DNA of 64,000 bases, from positions 928,001-992,000 of the forward strand of contig CAWETI010000002.1 of assembly GCA_963812015.1 (NCBI GenBank), written 5' to 3'. Origin of the DNA: an uncultured delta proteobacterium (GTDB taxonomy: Bacteria > Desulfobacterota > Desulfobaccia > Desulfobaccales > 0-14-0-80-60-11). The notes under the pieces were generated by a model that saw only the letters and a list, made by a program, of their open reading frames with translations, had not been told where the DNA came from and ran no database searches. A program made the position numbers and the translations under genes. The stretch's first letter is position 1. Each line of letters starts with the position of its first letter. This document shows, in pieces, positions 1-10,348 of the stretch.

Positions 1-792
1 GACGTCGAAGGCCCGGACCGTGTAATCCCACGCCTGGGCCAGGTCCCCCCGGGTTTGATACACCTCTCCCAGGAAAAACAGGTCCCCGGCCATGGCGGCC
101 CGGTCCAGGATGGACCGATCGGTCTTGAGGGCCAGGGTAAACATGGCCAAGGCCTGGCCGGTGTCCCCCCGGGCCAGGGCCAGCCTGCCTAAATGATGGC
201 AGAGGGTGCCCTTGAGTTCCGGCGTGGTGGCCAGGGGCTGGGCCCGGGTCAGGTAGTCCTGGGCTGCGGCCGGATCATTCTGGTCCAGGCAGAAACTGGC
301 CCACTGGAGGTAGACCCGTCCCAGGGCCGGGAAGGAACGGGATGAGCGGGCGGCGTCCTGGGCCGCCAGCAGGCATCGGGAGGCCTCCCCGGGATTGCCT
401 GCCTTCTGGGCCACGGTGGCCAGGTTGGCCTGGTTGATGCTGGCCGCCACCCATTGCTGCTGGTCCAGGTTAAGGTTGTACGCCTGGGTGAAGAGGTCCC
501 GGGCCTTCTTCAAATCCCCCTCTTCCAGGGCCACGGCCCCCAGGTTGTTCAGTTGCTGGGCCGCCCCCTGGGGGTAATCCACGGACCGGCTCATGGTCAG
601 GGCCCGGGTGAAGCTCCGGGAGGCCCGCTGCATATCCCCTCGGGAATATAATTCCTCCCCCTGGATCGAGACCTCATCGATGCGCTGCACCTGCTGGGCG
701 AACGGGTCCGCTTTGGCGGCGCAGCCGCTCAACACCAGGGCCGCCAGCCCGAGCCGGGCCCAACGGCTAAGGAAGGGTGCGCGGTTCCACAT
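1..792 (-). CDS. TPR-repeat lipoprotein (3' end runs off the window)
   Basis: Not in the ORF track. Manual translation from ATG at 792 gives MWNRAPFLSRWARLGLAALVLSGC (lipobox LSGC), then TPR-like helices (AAQQLNNLGAVALEEGDLKKARDLFTQA). Overlaps the end of the mlaD-like gene. Confidence 0.75.
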   Translation of the reverse strand, partial: MWNRAPFLSRWARLGLAALVLSGCAAKADPFAQQVQRIDEVSIQGEELYSRGDMQRASRSFTRALTMSRSVDYPQGAAQQLNNLGAVALEEGDLKKARDLFTQAYNLNLDQQQWVAASINQANLATVAQKAGNPGEASRCLLAAQDAARSSRSFPALGRVYLQWASFCLDQNDPAAAQDYLTRAQPLATTPELKGTLCHHLGRLALARGDTGQALAMFTLALKTDRSILDRAAMAGDLFFLGEVYQTRGDLAQAWDYTVRAFDV

Positions 793-1720
793 GGATGGTC
801 TGGCTCTTGGCCCCCTTGGGGGCGGTCATGCGGATCAAAGGATTGGCCTTAATGGCGTCCATCGTATCCTTGGCGCTCCGGGCCGTGCCGGTGGCCGCCT
901 CCATCAAGTCGGGCAAGTCCTCGCTGCCGCTCTTGATATTCGCCACGATGGCTTTCAGGGGCTCGATATCCTGGGTGATGGACTTGGTGAACACTTGCAG
1001 GTTCAGGGCCGTGGGCTTGAAATCTACCATAAGGCCTTGGGCCTCGGCCAGGAACTTGTCCATGCGGTCCAGCCCTTGAATCAATCGGGCATATAAATCC
1101 TTTTGCATAAGCAGCATCCCCATGGTCCCTCGACCCTCGGTGAGGCTCACCAGCACCTCGTTGGCATGGTTTATCGCCGCCAAGAAGGCCTTTTCATCGT
1201 TTTTCAACTGTTCGCTCAACTGGGCGATGTTGGTCACGGTGAGCTTAACTTTCTGGACGGTTTCCTGGGTGACCAGTTCCGCCATATATTCCGTCACCGA
1301 CTTGCGTTCCCGGGAGGAAATAGTGCCATAGGCTTCAATCTTGGGATAGCCGGATGATCCGGGGCTGATTTCGAGATATTCGCTGCCGATGAGGGTGGGG
1401 CTGACCACTTCCGCCACGGAATCCTGGCGGATGAGATCGGCGTATTCCTTGTAGACCTTGATGGTGACCTCCACCTGGGGCTGTCCCATGGTCTGGGTGA
1501 TGCCCAGGTTGGAAACCTTGCCGATCTCGGCGTTGAACATCTTGACCAGGGAGCCCTGGCGCAGGTTGTAGCCTTGCTTGAATTTGGCGAAGTAGGTATT
1601 CTGGGGTTGGAACCAGCCTTTGCCCTGGGCGATCACCAGCAAGGTCACCATGGTGAAGATGATCAACACCAGGAGAAACCCCCCCACCAGTTGTTCCTTG
1701 CGGGTAAAGCCCTCTTGCAT
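767..1720 (-). CDS. MlaD/MCE-family ABC transporter substrate-binding protein
   Basis: N-terminal TM helix, MCE motifs (GSLVKMFNAEIGKV, LIGSEYLEISPG), helical C-terminus. Confidence 0.85.
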   Translation of the reverse strand: MQEGFTRKEQLVGGFLLVLIIFTMVTLLVIAQGKGWFQPQNTYFAKFKQGYNLRQGSLVKMFNAEIGKVSNLGITQTMGQPQVEVTIKVYKEYADLIRQDSVAEVVSPTLIGSEYLEISPGSSGYPKIEAYGTISSRERKSVTEYMAELVTQETVQKVKLTVTNIAQLSEQLKNDEKAFLAAINHANEVLVSLTEGRGTMGMLLMQKDLYARLIQGLDRMDKFLAEAQGLMVDFKPTALNLQVFTKSITQDIEPLKAIVANIKSGSEDLPDLMEAATGTARSAKDTMDAIKANPLIRMTAPKGAKSQTIHVEPRTLP

Positions 1721-1726
1721 GGGCCT

Positions 1727-1735
1727 ATGATACCA
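1727..1735 (-). promoter_or_regulatory. Extended -10 box (TGgTATCAT) 6 nt upstream of the ATG; probable leaderless transcript
   Basis: Minus strand reads gaaTGGTATCATaggcccATG, with no Shine-Dalgarno sequence. Confidence 0.5.
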
Positions 1736-2083
1736 TTCTCCCCCGCCTTTTTACAAGCCTTCTGCCGCCGGCCGGGAATCAGCGGTGCAGGTGGGTTGCA
1801 GCCATGGCTTCATTTCTCTGAAAAAGCCCTCACCAGCAGCGCTCAGCCTTAAAAAAGATTGGTGGGACAGGCTTACAGCTTGTGCGCCCGCGCCGGCAAG
1901 ATACCGGCGCCACCAGGAACTCTTCAGGACCGAGCTTGGCGCCAGGCGACGTATCGCCGGGCCCGGCCACCTGGAGGGCTACAGAAAATATTGGAGGAAT
2001 CGCCGATTGTGCCGATAAACCATAAGGAGAGGCCGGGCAAGCGGGAGCCAGGAGTCGACCCCTGCCCCAGGGAGGCCATGGCA

Positions 2084-2578
2084 ATGTTCCTCAGGCTACG
2101 TCAGAGGCTGAAAGGCAATCGCCGGGAAGAAGGAGCCGCGTCAGTGGAGTTCGCCCTCTGTCTCATCCCCTTGCTGTTGATCGTGGCCGGCATCGTCGAT
2201 TACGGCGAATCCTGGTATATCCAATCGGTCCTCGCCACCGCCAGCCGGGAAGGGGCCCGCTATGCCACCCGGTACCAAACCGACAGCACCGGGGCGCGGC
2301 TTATCCCCAATAACCTGAATCCCACCATCCAAAACTATGTGCTCAACACCCCCGCGCAAAATGGCGGCAACGGCGGCTACGGCCTGCTGACTATCCTGCC
2401 CAGTAACGCCACCCCCACGGTGACTCCGGGAGGCGCCGGACTTACCACGGGGACCACCGGCGCGGTGGTCAGTGTGACGGTGTCGGCGCAGAAGTACTGG
2501 CTTTTTCTCAATCGGCTCATGCCCGGTTTGTCAAATCCCCAGGTGCTGACGTCCACCACGACGATGTCTTGCGAGTAA
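2084..2578 (+). CDS. tadE: TadE/TadG-family minor pilin (pseudopilin)
   Basis: Prepilin motif EEG/AASVEFAL, hydrophobic helix, ASREGARYA motif. GGAGG at 2071-2075 supports ATG 2084 (alternative 2078). Confidence 0.85.
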   Translation: MFLRLRQRLKGNRREEGAASVEFALCLIPLLLIVAGIVDYGESWYIQSVLATASREGARYATRYQTDSTGARLIPNNLNPTIQNYVLNTPAQNGGNGGYGLLTILPSNATPTVTPGGAGLTTGTTGAVVSVTVSAQKYWLFLNRLMPGLSNPQVLTSTTTMSCE

Positions 2579-2595
2579 AAGGAGGTGGCCGAGTC

Positions 2596-3807
2596 ATGCC
2601 TAAGCGCGTGAAGGGTTTCGTTGCCGACCAGTCCGGGGCCATGAGCCTGATGATCGCTTTCATCCTGGTGGTCCTTTTGGCCCTCGCCGCCCTGGCCGTC
2701 GATTACGGCTATATGTCCATGGTCCAGGGCGAATTGCAAAAAGCCGCCGACGCCGGGGCTTTGGCCGGGGCCAGTGCTTTAGGATCAGCCAACAATCCGG
2801 CTTGGTCCTCGGGGACGGCCCAGGCGACCTCACTCGTCCAACAAAATAATGCGGCGGGACAACTGCTGGCCGATTGCCAGGTGGATTACGGGTACTGGAG
2901 TAAGGTAAGCCACATCTTGCAGGCCTCCACGATTACACCCCAGCAAACCGATGTCCCGGCTATTCAAGTGACGATAGTTAAATCTTCCGGAAAAAACGGT
3001 GGTCCTGTCCAGCTGCTGTTCGCTCCGATCTTTGGGGTCAATACCTTTGACCTGAGTGCCCGGGCCGTGGCGATGCTGAAACCCGCCGCCAACTGGTCTA
3101 TCCTGGAGACCGGCAACGGCAACGTTACATTAAACAGCAATATCAACGTGAATCGGGATGTGGGCGATAACGGCTCCGGCTGGTTCACGATGAACAGTAA
3201 CGTGACGGTGCAAGGCAAGGTCTATCTCAACACCAAAACCGGCCTGACCAACAACGGCGGAGTAGCTCAGGGGGGAATAGAGCAGGATGCGGGATCAAAC
3301 GGCATCCTGGCGCAAGCCGTCCAAGATGCCCAGACGGCCTACAGCCAACTCACCGGCCTGGCCAACAACTTTGGGTCTTATCCAAATATTAATTCAAACA
3401 CGACCATTATTGGTACAAATACGGTGAACGTCGTGGACGTCACCAATTTGCTCCTGAACTCTAACAAAACCCTTACCTTAAGCGGAACCTCCAGCATGTC
3501 GTTTGTCGTCATGGTTTCCGGCACTTTTATCCTGAATTCCAACAGTAATGTAATTCTGAGCGGCGGGTTAACGCCGGGTAACGTAACTTTCGTGGATACG
3601 GGCACCGGTGGTGTCATCATCAATAGTAATTGCACCATGAATGGCAGCATCTTGAGTCCCAATTCTTCCGTCACCCTGAACAGCAATGCTGCCTTAAATG
3701 GCGCCCTGGTCAGCGGCAAGGATATTATTTTGAACAGCAACATCGTGGTGACGCCTCCCCAAACCTTCTTGCCATCCACCGGGCACGGCACGGCTCTGGT
3801 CAATTAA
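2596..3807 (+). CDS. tadG: TadG-like pilus protein with a C-terminal beta-solenoid (ice-binding/DUF3494-like) domain
   Basis: DQSG/AMS prepilin site and LQKAADAGALAGA Tad motif. C-terminal part has eight [LIM]NSN repeats. SD AAGGAGG upstream. Confidence 0.8.
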   Translation: MPKRVKGFVADQSGAMSLMIAFILVVLLALAALAVDYGYMSMVQGELQKAADAGALAGASALGSANNPAWSSGTAQATSLVQQNNAAGQLLADCQVDYGYWSKVSHILQASTITPQQTDVPAIQVTIVKSSGKNGGPVQLLFAPIFGVNTFDLSARAVAMLKPAANWSILETGNGNVTLNSNINVNRDVGDNGSGWFTMNSNVTVQGKVYLNTKTGLTNNGGVAQGGIEQDAGSNGILAQAVQDAQTAYSQLTGLANNFGSYPNINSNTTIIGTNTVNVVDVTNLLLNSNKTLTLSGTSSMSFVVMVSGTFILNSNSNVILSGGLTPGNVTFVDTGTGGVIINSNCTMNGSILSPNSSVTLNSNAALNGALVSGKDIILNSNIVVTPPQTFLPSTGHGTALVN

Positions 3808-3999
3808 GCCCCGTACCGAGACGGTCCGCCACAAAACGACCGGCCTCCGAGCCCTTCTCGACCCCAGCTGAGGAGGGGGGATTCTCTACGAAACGAATTT
3901 TTGAAATAGCTGGAAATATTATAGTGAAATATATGACGTACTGATGGCGTCTTGTCATATCAGTCAAAAAAATGACTCAATTTACTTAATCGAAATTTG

Positions 4000-4824
4000 T
4001 CAAAGACGTTTGCTGTCTTTATTTTTGGCGATAATTGCCAAAACACCAAACATTAAACATAATCCTGCTGAAATATAAAACAATAACATGCGGGGCCGGT
4101 GATATAATTTCGGTGATTCTAATTTGTCAAAAGATTCAACCCCTAAAGTAAATTTGATTATCTTAGGGATAAAGTGAGGAAAATCTTCGAATGAGATGTT
4201 TTTGTAGTTATCCAATAAATAATCATAATTTGGTCTGATCTCATATATTTGCTTGAAAATTTCAGGATCTTGCTTAATCTCTGCCGCAGTCGCGATCTCC
4301 CCTCGCCTATTTTTCCAGATATGCGCCGTATCGGCAGGGGAAATCACCAACCATCGGCCCCCATCAAAGAACTCAACCATGACATGGCCCCCGCCTTTCC
4401 CCTGGGCATTATTCAATAAGAGGAGTTCTCGGGCGGGAATGTCCAATCTCCATAAGGCATTCAAGAGAACCCGGGACATGGTGGCACACGGCCCCAGGTT
4501 TTGTTGGCCTGCTACCCCATAGCCCTGATATTTTAGGCTAACCCCTGCAGTTAGATGCACTAATGATGCAGGAAGTAAGTATTTGGTTTCCAATGTATCG
4601 TACCAATCAAGTTCGTCGCCGGAGATTACTTTTTTGGTTCCATAATAGATGGCGGTTGCAAGAGATATCGCAATATTTTGCGTGTCAGTGGCAAATTGTT
4701 TGTCAACGGATTCAATGATAAAATTATCAATTAGTTGATTTTCTTCATAAACTTTATAATAAAAAAATAATGATAAACAGAACAGTACAATGCAGATCGA
4801 GATAAATAGCCGATATATTTTCAT
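4000..4824 (-). CDS. Membrane-anchored transglutaminase-like protein
   Basis: TM helices at both ends. Putative Cys-His-Asp triad: GPCATMSR, GHVMVEFF, WLVISPAD. AT-rich gene. Confidence 0.55.
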   Translation of the reverse strand: MKIYRLFISICIVLFCLSLFFYYKVYEENQLIDNFIIESVDKQFATDTQNIAISLATAIYYGTKKVISGDELDWYDTLETKYLLPASLVHLTAGVSLKYQGYGVAGQQNLGPCATMSRVLLNALWRLDIPARELLLLNNAQGKGGGHVMVEFFDGGRWLVISPADTAHIWKNRRGEIATAAEIKQDPEIFKQIYEIRPNYDYLLDNYKNISFEDFPHFIPKIIKFTLGVESFDKLESPKLYHRPRMLLFYISAGLCLMFGVLAIIAKNKDSKRL

Positions 4825-4978
4825 ATTCAGTGTTTTGATCTTAATTAAAATTAATTATTTAGTCATGTTATATGAATACGTTAGGGATCAAGCCCGTGGT
4901 TTAGGATGACCCAAAGACCAATTTTAGCAGCCTGCTAAAACTTCCTGGGCGTTCTGCACAAGGGGAGGATTGGTCTCG

Positions 4979-6523
4979 TTATTTGAACCCATCACCTCGG
5001 ATGACCACAATAATCGTTTTCGCCAGGATGAACAAGTCCAGCCAGAAACCCTGATGCTTGAGATAATAGAGATCATAAGCGATGCGTTTTTCCAGCGACG
5101 GGTGCCCCCGGCCCATTACTTGCTGGTAGCCGGTGATTCCCGGCTTGGCTTTAAGACGCCGGCGCTGCCAGAGATTGTAGTTGGCCACCAGTTCCACCCG
5201 TTCCGGTCTGGGTCCCACCAGGCTCATATTCCCCAACAAGGCGTTGAAAAATTGCGGAACCTCATCCAGGCTCGAGTGGCGCAAGATCTTGCCCAAGGGC
5301 GTCACCCGGGGGTCTTGCTTGATATTAAAAACGGGCTCCGGAAGATTTTCAAAGTCAATCATCTCTTTGAGTTGGGCGTCGGCATTCTCAACCATGCTGC
5401 GGAATTTATACATTTTAAACGGCTGCCCTTCCAAGCCAACCCGTTCCTGGATATAGATAACCGGTCCTTTGCTGGTGAGCTTGATCAACAGGGCGATGAG
5501 CAACCACAAGGGCAGACCCAACCCCAGAACCGTTAAAGATACCACGATATCCATCAGACGCTTCACGAGTTTATAGCCGAAATGCAAGGAGGCATCCCGG
5601 AGCTCGATAACCGGATAGTCCTGGCAAACGCTCACTTCCCGGGTCGTGACCGCTACTCCTAACGCATCTGGCACCATATAAAAAGGGATATGGTGCGACT
5701 CGCAGAAATTAACTGCCAACATCATCAGTTCCCGGTCCAGATACCCTTGGGAAACGCCCTCCTCCTCAGCAATGAACAGCAAGCTGTCAAAGGGCAGGCG
5801 CTGGAAAACCGCGGCGATCTCCCGCAATCCGCCCAGGATCGGAAGGTCGGGTTCCGAGTTGACCGGCGCTGAAGCCCCGTTGGCCTCCAACCTGCCGGCG
5901 ATGATGATTGACGGGTTACGGGACTTCAAATGGCCCAGAAATTCGGAAACCCTTTGTCCTCCGCCAATAACCACCAATCTTTCCTTAAGAACGTCATGGC
6001 CGGCAAGATAGTTTTCCAACCATTTGAACAGAAGACGGGTGCCGATGCCGGTAATCATGGCCATAATAAAGGCGAGCAAATAAACCACGCGAGAAACCAG
6101 CATGCCATGGTAGAGAACGCCGAACATCATGAGCAGCCCAAAGGCGTAAAGACCCGAACTGATCAGTCCCCGGATTTGCCAACCGATGGAGCGGACCAGC
6201 TGAGGGGCGCCTCGATACGCATCGCTTCTGGCCAAGAGGAAGATCCAGGCGGTCGTCAAGAGGGTGGCGGCTTTGAGAAAAGGGATAACGCTATACAGGT
6301 CCGGATCCGTGGGAGGAATGAGCCTGACGATACTCTCTGAATAGCGCACGTAATAAGCCAGAATTATCGAAGCGAAAAACACCAGGAGATCGAGCAGGAA
6401 GAGCAGGGAGCCGCGCACCCCCCAGACATGGAGCAAAAGCTTATCCCAGAAAAATCCTTGCCGGCCTTTATGGAAACCGTTGCACCGGCCCGTGCCTTCA
6501 TGAAGGGGGTGATTCACCGACAT
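4979..6523 (-). CDS. Polyprenyl-phosphate glycosylphosphotransferase (initiating sugar transferase, WcaJ/WbaP type)
   Basis: Motifs KRLMDI, FKMYKFRSM, DPRVT, SLDEVPQ, MSLVGPRPE and KPGITG, plus N-terminal TM helices. Confidence 0.92.
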   Translation of the reverse strand: MSVNHPLHEGTGRCNGFHKGRQGFFWDKLLLHVWGVRGSLLFLLDLLVFFASIILAYYVRYSESIVRLIPPTDPDLYSVIPFLKAATLLTTAWIFLLARSDAYRGAPQLVRSIGWQIRGLISSGLYAFGLLMMFGVLYHGMLVSRVVYLLAFIMAMITGIGTRLLFKWLENYLAGHDVLKERLVVIGGGQRVSEFLGHLKSRNPSIIIAGRLEANGASAPVNSEPDLPILGGLREIAAVFQRLPFDSLLFIAEEEGVSQGYLDRELMMLAVNFCESHHIPFYMVPDALGVAVTTREVSVCQDYPVIELRDASLHFGYKLVKRLMDIVVSLTVLGLGLPLWLLIALLIKLTSKGPVIYIQERVGLEGQPFKMYKFRSMVENADAQLKEMIDFENLPEPVFNIKQDPRVTPLGKILRHSSLDEVPQFFNALLGNMSLVGPRPERVELVANYNLWQRRRLKAKPGITGYQQVMGRGHPSLEKRIAYDLYYLKHQGFWLDLFILAKTIIVVIRGDGFK

Positions 6524-6601
6524 GGCGTTACTTTTTCCCTGGGCTCTGAGGGCCTTGGACCCGCAAAAGATCAGCCCTACGCCCGGAGTTCCTGTTGCGG
6601 C

Positions 6602-8329
6602 TCATCCGGGTGCAGGTTCGGGTTTAAGGGGTTGTAACAGGTGAATGGCCCCGGGGGGATTGCAATACCTCTGAAAAGGAAATACCCGGAGGACCCGGTA
6701 CCCTGGCAGGGGCCCCAGGGTGATTAGGTAATCTTCCCGGGTTACCCACCACCAACTCAATCCCGCGCCTGGCCTAAAATTATTACGATAGCAGTAGTAA
6801 CCGTTAAATTCAAATCCCCCATCAAGGTTGCAGGGATTGACTCGCATCTCCTGGAGCACGTAATCATGGGCTTTTTTCAGGCTGCGCTTCATCTCCATAA
6901 AATCGTGTACGTTACAGGTAGACCATAAACCCATGAGGATTACCAGAACAAAACCGGGAATTATTTTCCAGTCGGCATCGGCGGCTTGGCCCCCCGGGGA
7001 ATGGTCTATCACCAACCAGATGACCAGGAAGATGATGGGGGGGATCAGATAGCGATCGTGAAAGCTCGTCAACGTAATGATGCCCAAATAGAAAAGCACC
7101 GACAGGAGGGCCAGGCAAACCAGGAAGGAGTTCTCCGGCATTTCCGGGGGAAACCCGGTGCGAAGCCGGTGCCGCACGTAGCCAATAAACCGGGAGAGGA
7201 TTACCAGCACCGCTAATACGGCCCAGGCCACCAGCAGATAGTAGGCGCCCCGTGAGATCACCCCAAGCCTCGGAATGCCCAAGATATACGTGTCCTTCAA
7301 TAAAATCGGCCCGATGCCGAAATTAAAGATGACATTGCCCAGGAAGTTTACCGGAGGATGAATCAGTTCGGTAACAATAGCTCCCTCCCATAAAGCGGTC
7401 AAAATCATCCAGACTATGAGGAGGAAGTGAAAATTCCGACGTCTCAGGGAGGATACATATCCTCTTAATAAAAGTGGGGAAATGAAAAACCCCAGGTAGA
7501 CCAAAGCATTGTGGAAGAGATCGCAATAGAGAAATACCAGGTAGCCGAGAAAGCCTTTTTCTCTCGGCAGGGCGAAAATATTAGAGATTACCTGGTGCTG
7601 AGTCAGAGGAGAACTCCCACCCCATGCCAACAGAAACTCATATAAGATCCAGGGGAACAGAACCAGCCCCAGTCCCAAGAAAAGCATTTTCCGTCTTCCC
7701 AGGGCGGCGCCGGCGGGATGGACCCAGCAGGTAAGCATAAAGGCTAGGAGGATGACCACCCCGATTTGCCGGGTCAGAATTGACCCCAGGGTCAGGACCA
7801 GACCGGCGATGATCCAGGCGAGGCTAGACTTCTTCACCCCCAGAAACAGGCCGAGTAAGGCGAATATCGCCAGAGAGGCAAAGGTGATATCGGTCATGTA
7901 GGTAAAGGATTCTGCCAGGAAGAGGGGATTGGCCACAACGGTCAGGGTTCCCAGCAGCGCCAGCCACGGGGATATGCCGGCGGTCTGGAAGAGCAGCAGG
8001 AGGCCGAAGGAACCCAAGATTCCCATGGTGAGCACGGCCAGCCGCAGGGTGGTAAGAGAAAACCCCAAGAGGTGGCAAAAGAGATCGCCCCAGAGGAGGT
8101 GGACCAGCAGAGACGGCCCCCCCGGAGAGCCAGGGGGCCCCCAGCCGGTGGTAATGATTTTTCCCGTGGCGCGCAGGGCCTCGAGACTTTTGACAAAGGC
8201 CCAATCGTCGTTCACCATGAATTCGCCCGAGGGATTTACCACAATGATTATGAAGGTCCAGACCACCAGCAGGGCGAGCCAGGGGAACCAGTTTTTCACC
8301 GCGCCATTGTCAGTGTCTATCGTGGCCAT
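6602..8329 (-). CDS. GT-C fold membrane glycosyltransferase (ArnT/PMT-like)
   Basis: Many TM helices, with NDDW acidic motif in the first loop and YMTD motif. Start uncertain (8329 or 8383). Confidence 0.7.
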   Translation of the reverse strand: MATIDTDNGAVKNWFPWLALLVVWTFIIIVVNPSGEFMVNDDWAFVKSLEALRATGKIITTGWGPPGSPGGPSLLVHLLWGDLFCHLLGFSLTTLRLAVLTMGILGSFGLLLLFQTAGISPWLALLGTLTVVANPLFLAESFTYMTDITFASLAIFALLGLFLGVKKSSLAWIIAGLVLTLGSILTRQIGVVILLAFMLTCWVHPAGAALGRRKMLFLGLGLVLFPWILYEFLLAWGGSSPLTQHQVISNIFALPREKGFLGYLVFLYCDLFHNALVYLGFFISPLLLRGYVSSLRRRNFHFLLIVWMILTALWEGAIVTELIHPPVNFLGNVIFNFGIGPILLKDTYILGIPRLGVISRGAYYLLVAWAVLAVLVILSRFIGYVRHRLRTGFPPEMPENSFLVCLALLSVLFYLGIITLTSFHDRYLIPPIIFLVIWLVIDHSPGGQAADADWKIIPGFVLVILMGLWSTCNVHDFMEMKRSLKKAHDYVLQEMRVNPCNLDGGFEFNGYYCYRNNFRPGAGLSWWWVTREDYLITLGPLPGYRVLRVFPFQRYCNPPGAIHLLQPLKPEPAPG

Positions 8330-8411
8330 CGCTGGCAACTCTTCGGTCAGTCGGTTATGCTTGAGACCCCAAGGAATTCCCATTCCAGCCTTTGAGGTTA
8401 GCTTGAAACGA

Positions 8412-10289
8412 TTAATGAACCGGGAATTTCGCCACCAGTCGTTCAAACTTGGCAATTACTTCTTCCGGCGTAATGATCATGCGACAGGGATCGCTTTTCC
8501 AGCGGACCGATAAATCCTTGCAACCCTCATCCCAGCACGGATAACAGGTAAGACTGGCCGGCGGTTCGACTACTTCGTAATTCGTATAGAAATTCAATCT
8601 CGCTTCCGGTTTCACGCCTCCGGTGAAAATGGCCAAAAAGGGAATGCCGGCCAGGGCGGCGATGTGATAGGCGCTGCTGTCCGTACTGATTACATAGGCC
8701 CCCAATTTTACTGCCTCAATATACTCCGTGATATCGGCGGTTTTTCCCACCAGGTTGGTGATGCCGGGGCCCTGCAGGTATCTACTCTGGCTGGTTCCCA
8801 CCACCAAAGGGGAGAACCCCATTGCCTTAACAGCCCCAAGCAGGCGTGGATAATACGGTTCCCACCAACTCCTGGCGGGATTGGTGGATGTCAGGGCGAG
8901 AACCACGAATTTCTTGCTTAAATCGATTTTCCTATCGTGTAACAATTGCCGAACTCTCTGCTTGGCGGCGGGGTAGTCCGGCATTGGCAACGCGGCAAAG
9001 TCCTGGTCTAAGCCTAAATTCCGCGTATACACCAGATGCCGGTTAACTTTATTGTCCTCGTTGGGGATCCCACAAATTGAGCCAGACTCTATCTCCATGT
9101 TAATAAAATTAAAGACTTGTGATGCCTGGGGGATCGGTAAGGGAGAAAGTTTGCGGCCATCGGGAATCGGAATGAATTCATCAAAGATCTTAAACCCGGC
9201 CATCATGGGGATGTTGCGTTGGTAAGTGGCCAAAATGAGCTTTTTTCCCGGATACCGTTCTTTGAGTTTCTTGAAGGCGCAGGTCCCCATCAACAAATCC
9301 CCGATACCATCGTCACGCATAATGGTGATGGCATTGCTATATTCACGCCCATCAAACCTCAGGCGTTGCCTTTCCTGGGCCACGAGTCTTTTAATGGTCG
9401 GAGCCCACATCTTCTGTAACCTGACTCTGTCGAGAATCCCTTGGCGCCAGTCCCGGGAAGCGCATTCCAAATGGTAAACCTCGACGACCGGGTTATAGAG
9501 CACCTTAAACCCCGCCGCCGCCAGCCGCAGACAGAAATCGGTATCCTGAGCTTCGTGCTTAAAATGCTCATTCAGTTGAAACCGGTCAAAGACATCATGC
9601 CGGAGGGCAACGCAGGCAAAGGTCACTCCCGGAACCAGGGCGGGAAAATTGGCTTCGGGAAGATTTTTCGGCTGCTTACAATAGACATGGTAGGCATTTC
9701 TCTGTTCATTAAATTCAAGGCCGGCATGTTGAATGGTGTTATCAGGGTAGAGGAGTTTGGCGCCGACAATGCCGATGTTTTTATCTGCCAGAGGATCGAC
9801 AAGATTATCCAGCCAATTTTCGGTTGCCAGGGTGTCATTATTGAGTAAGATGAGATATTGACCCTGGGCATGGTCTCGAATTAATTGATTGTAGTTCTTA
9901 GAGAAATAATAGTTACCAAGTAAAATTAACTTTATATTTTTATATCGATCAGAAGCATTGCGATAGAACTGAAGAACTTCCGTCTCGTTGGTGCCGGTAT
10001 CCCCAATCAATATTTCAATTTCATACTTACTACTGGGATACTTACAAATCGATTCAAGGCACGGTTGGATCAGATCTAATCGGTTTTTGGTGAGGATGGC
10101 CACCGACACCAGGCCTGGGGTATAATCTTGGGTGCGTGGATAATCATCGGGCGCCTGCTTTCTGATAATCCTCTTAAAGAACCTCTCAAAGCCGAGGAAG
10201 AGGCCCCTTACCCCCTGGGCCCGCCAAATTGTCAAAGACTTGCGGAGATAATGAGGGACATAATTGATGATGGCGTTGACCTTGGGCAT
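8412..10289 (-). CDS. Fused GT2 + GT9 glycosyltransferase
   Basis: GT2 half: LLNNDT, IQHAG, DTDFCLR. GT9 half: DGIGDLL, STDSSAYHIA, CYPC..C..C. Confidence 0.85.
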   Translation of the reverse strand: MPKVNAIINYVPHYLRKSLTIWRAQGVRGLFLGFERFFKRIIRKQAPDDYPRTQDYTPGLVSVAILTKNRLDLIQPCLESICKYPSSKYEIEILIGDTGTNETEVLQFYRNASDRYKNIKLILLGNYYFSKNYNQLIRDHAQGQYLILLNNDTLATENWLDNLVDPLADKNIGIVGAKLLYPDNTIQHAGLEFNEQRNAYHVYCKQPKNLPEANFPALVPGVTFACVALRHDVFDRFQLNEHFKHEAQDTDFCLRLAAAGFKVLYNPVVEVYHLECASRDWRQGILDRVRLQKMWAPTIKRLVAQERQRLRFDGREYSNAITIMRDDGIGDLLMGTCAFKKLKERYPGKKLILATYQRNIPMMAGFKIFDEFIPIPDGRKLSPLPIPQASQVFNFINMEIESGSICGIPNEDNKVNRHLVYTRNLGLDQDFAALPMPDYPAAKQRVRQLLHDRKIDLSKKFVVLALTSTNPARSWWEPYYPRLLGAVKAMGFSPLVVGTSQSRYLQGPGITNLVGKTADITEYIEAVKLGAYVISTDSSAYHIAALAGIPFLAIFTGGVKPEARLNFYTNYEVVEPPASLTCYPCWDEGCKDLSVRWKSDPCRMIITPEEVIAKFERLVAKFPVH

Positions 10290-10348
10290 ATGTATGGCCC
10301 CCTTTGGATTTCACTGCCCAAGTGGGCTGGACGAACCAGGGGCGTGAC

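Noticed and set aside
1990..2018. Sigma-28 promoter upstream of tadE (GCCGATAA)
   Set aside because: The -10 is perfect, but there is no TAAA at the required spacing.
1859..2083. N-terminal extension of the tadE ORF (similarly 27952, 20141 and 52011 starts)
   Set aside because: Low-complexity or repeat-derived sequence; downstream starts fit the family N-termini and in most cases have an SD.
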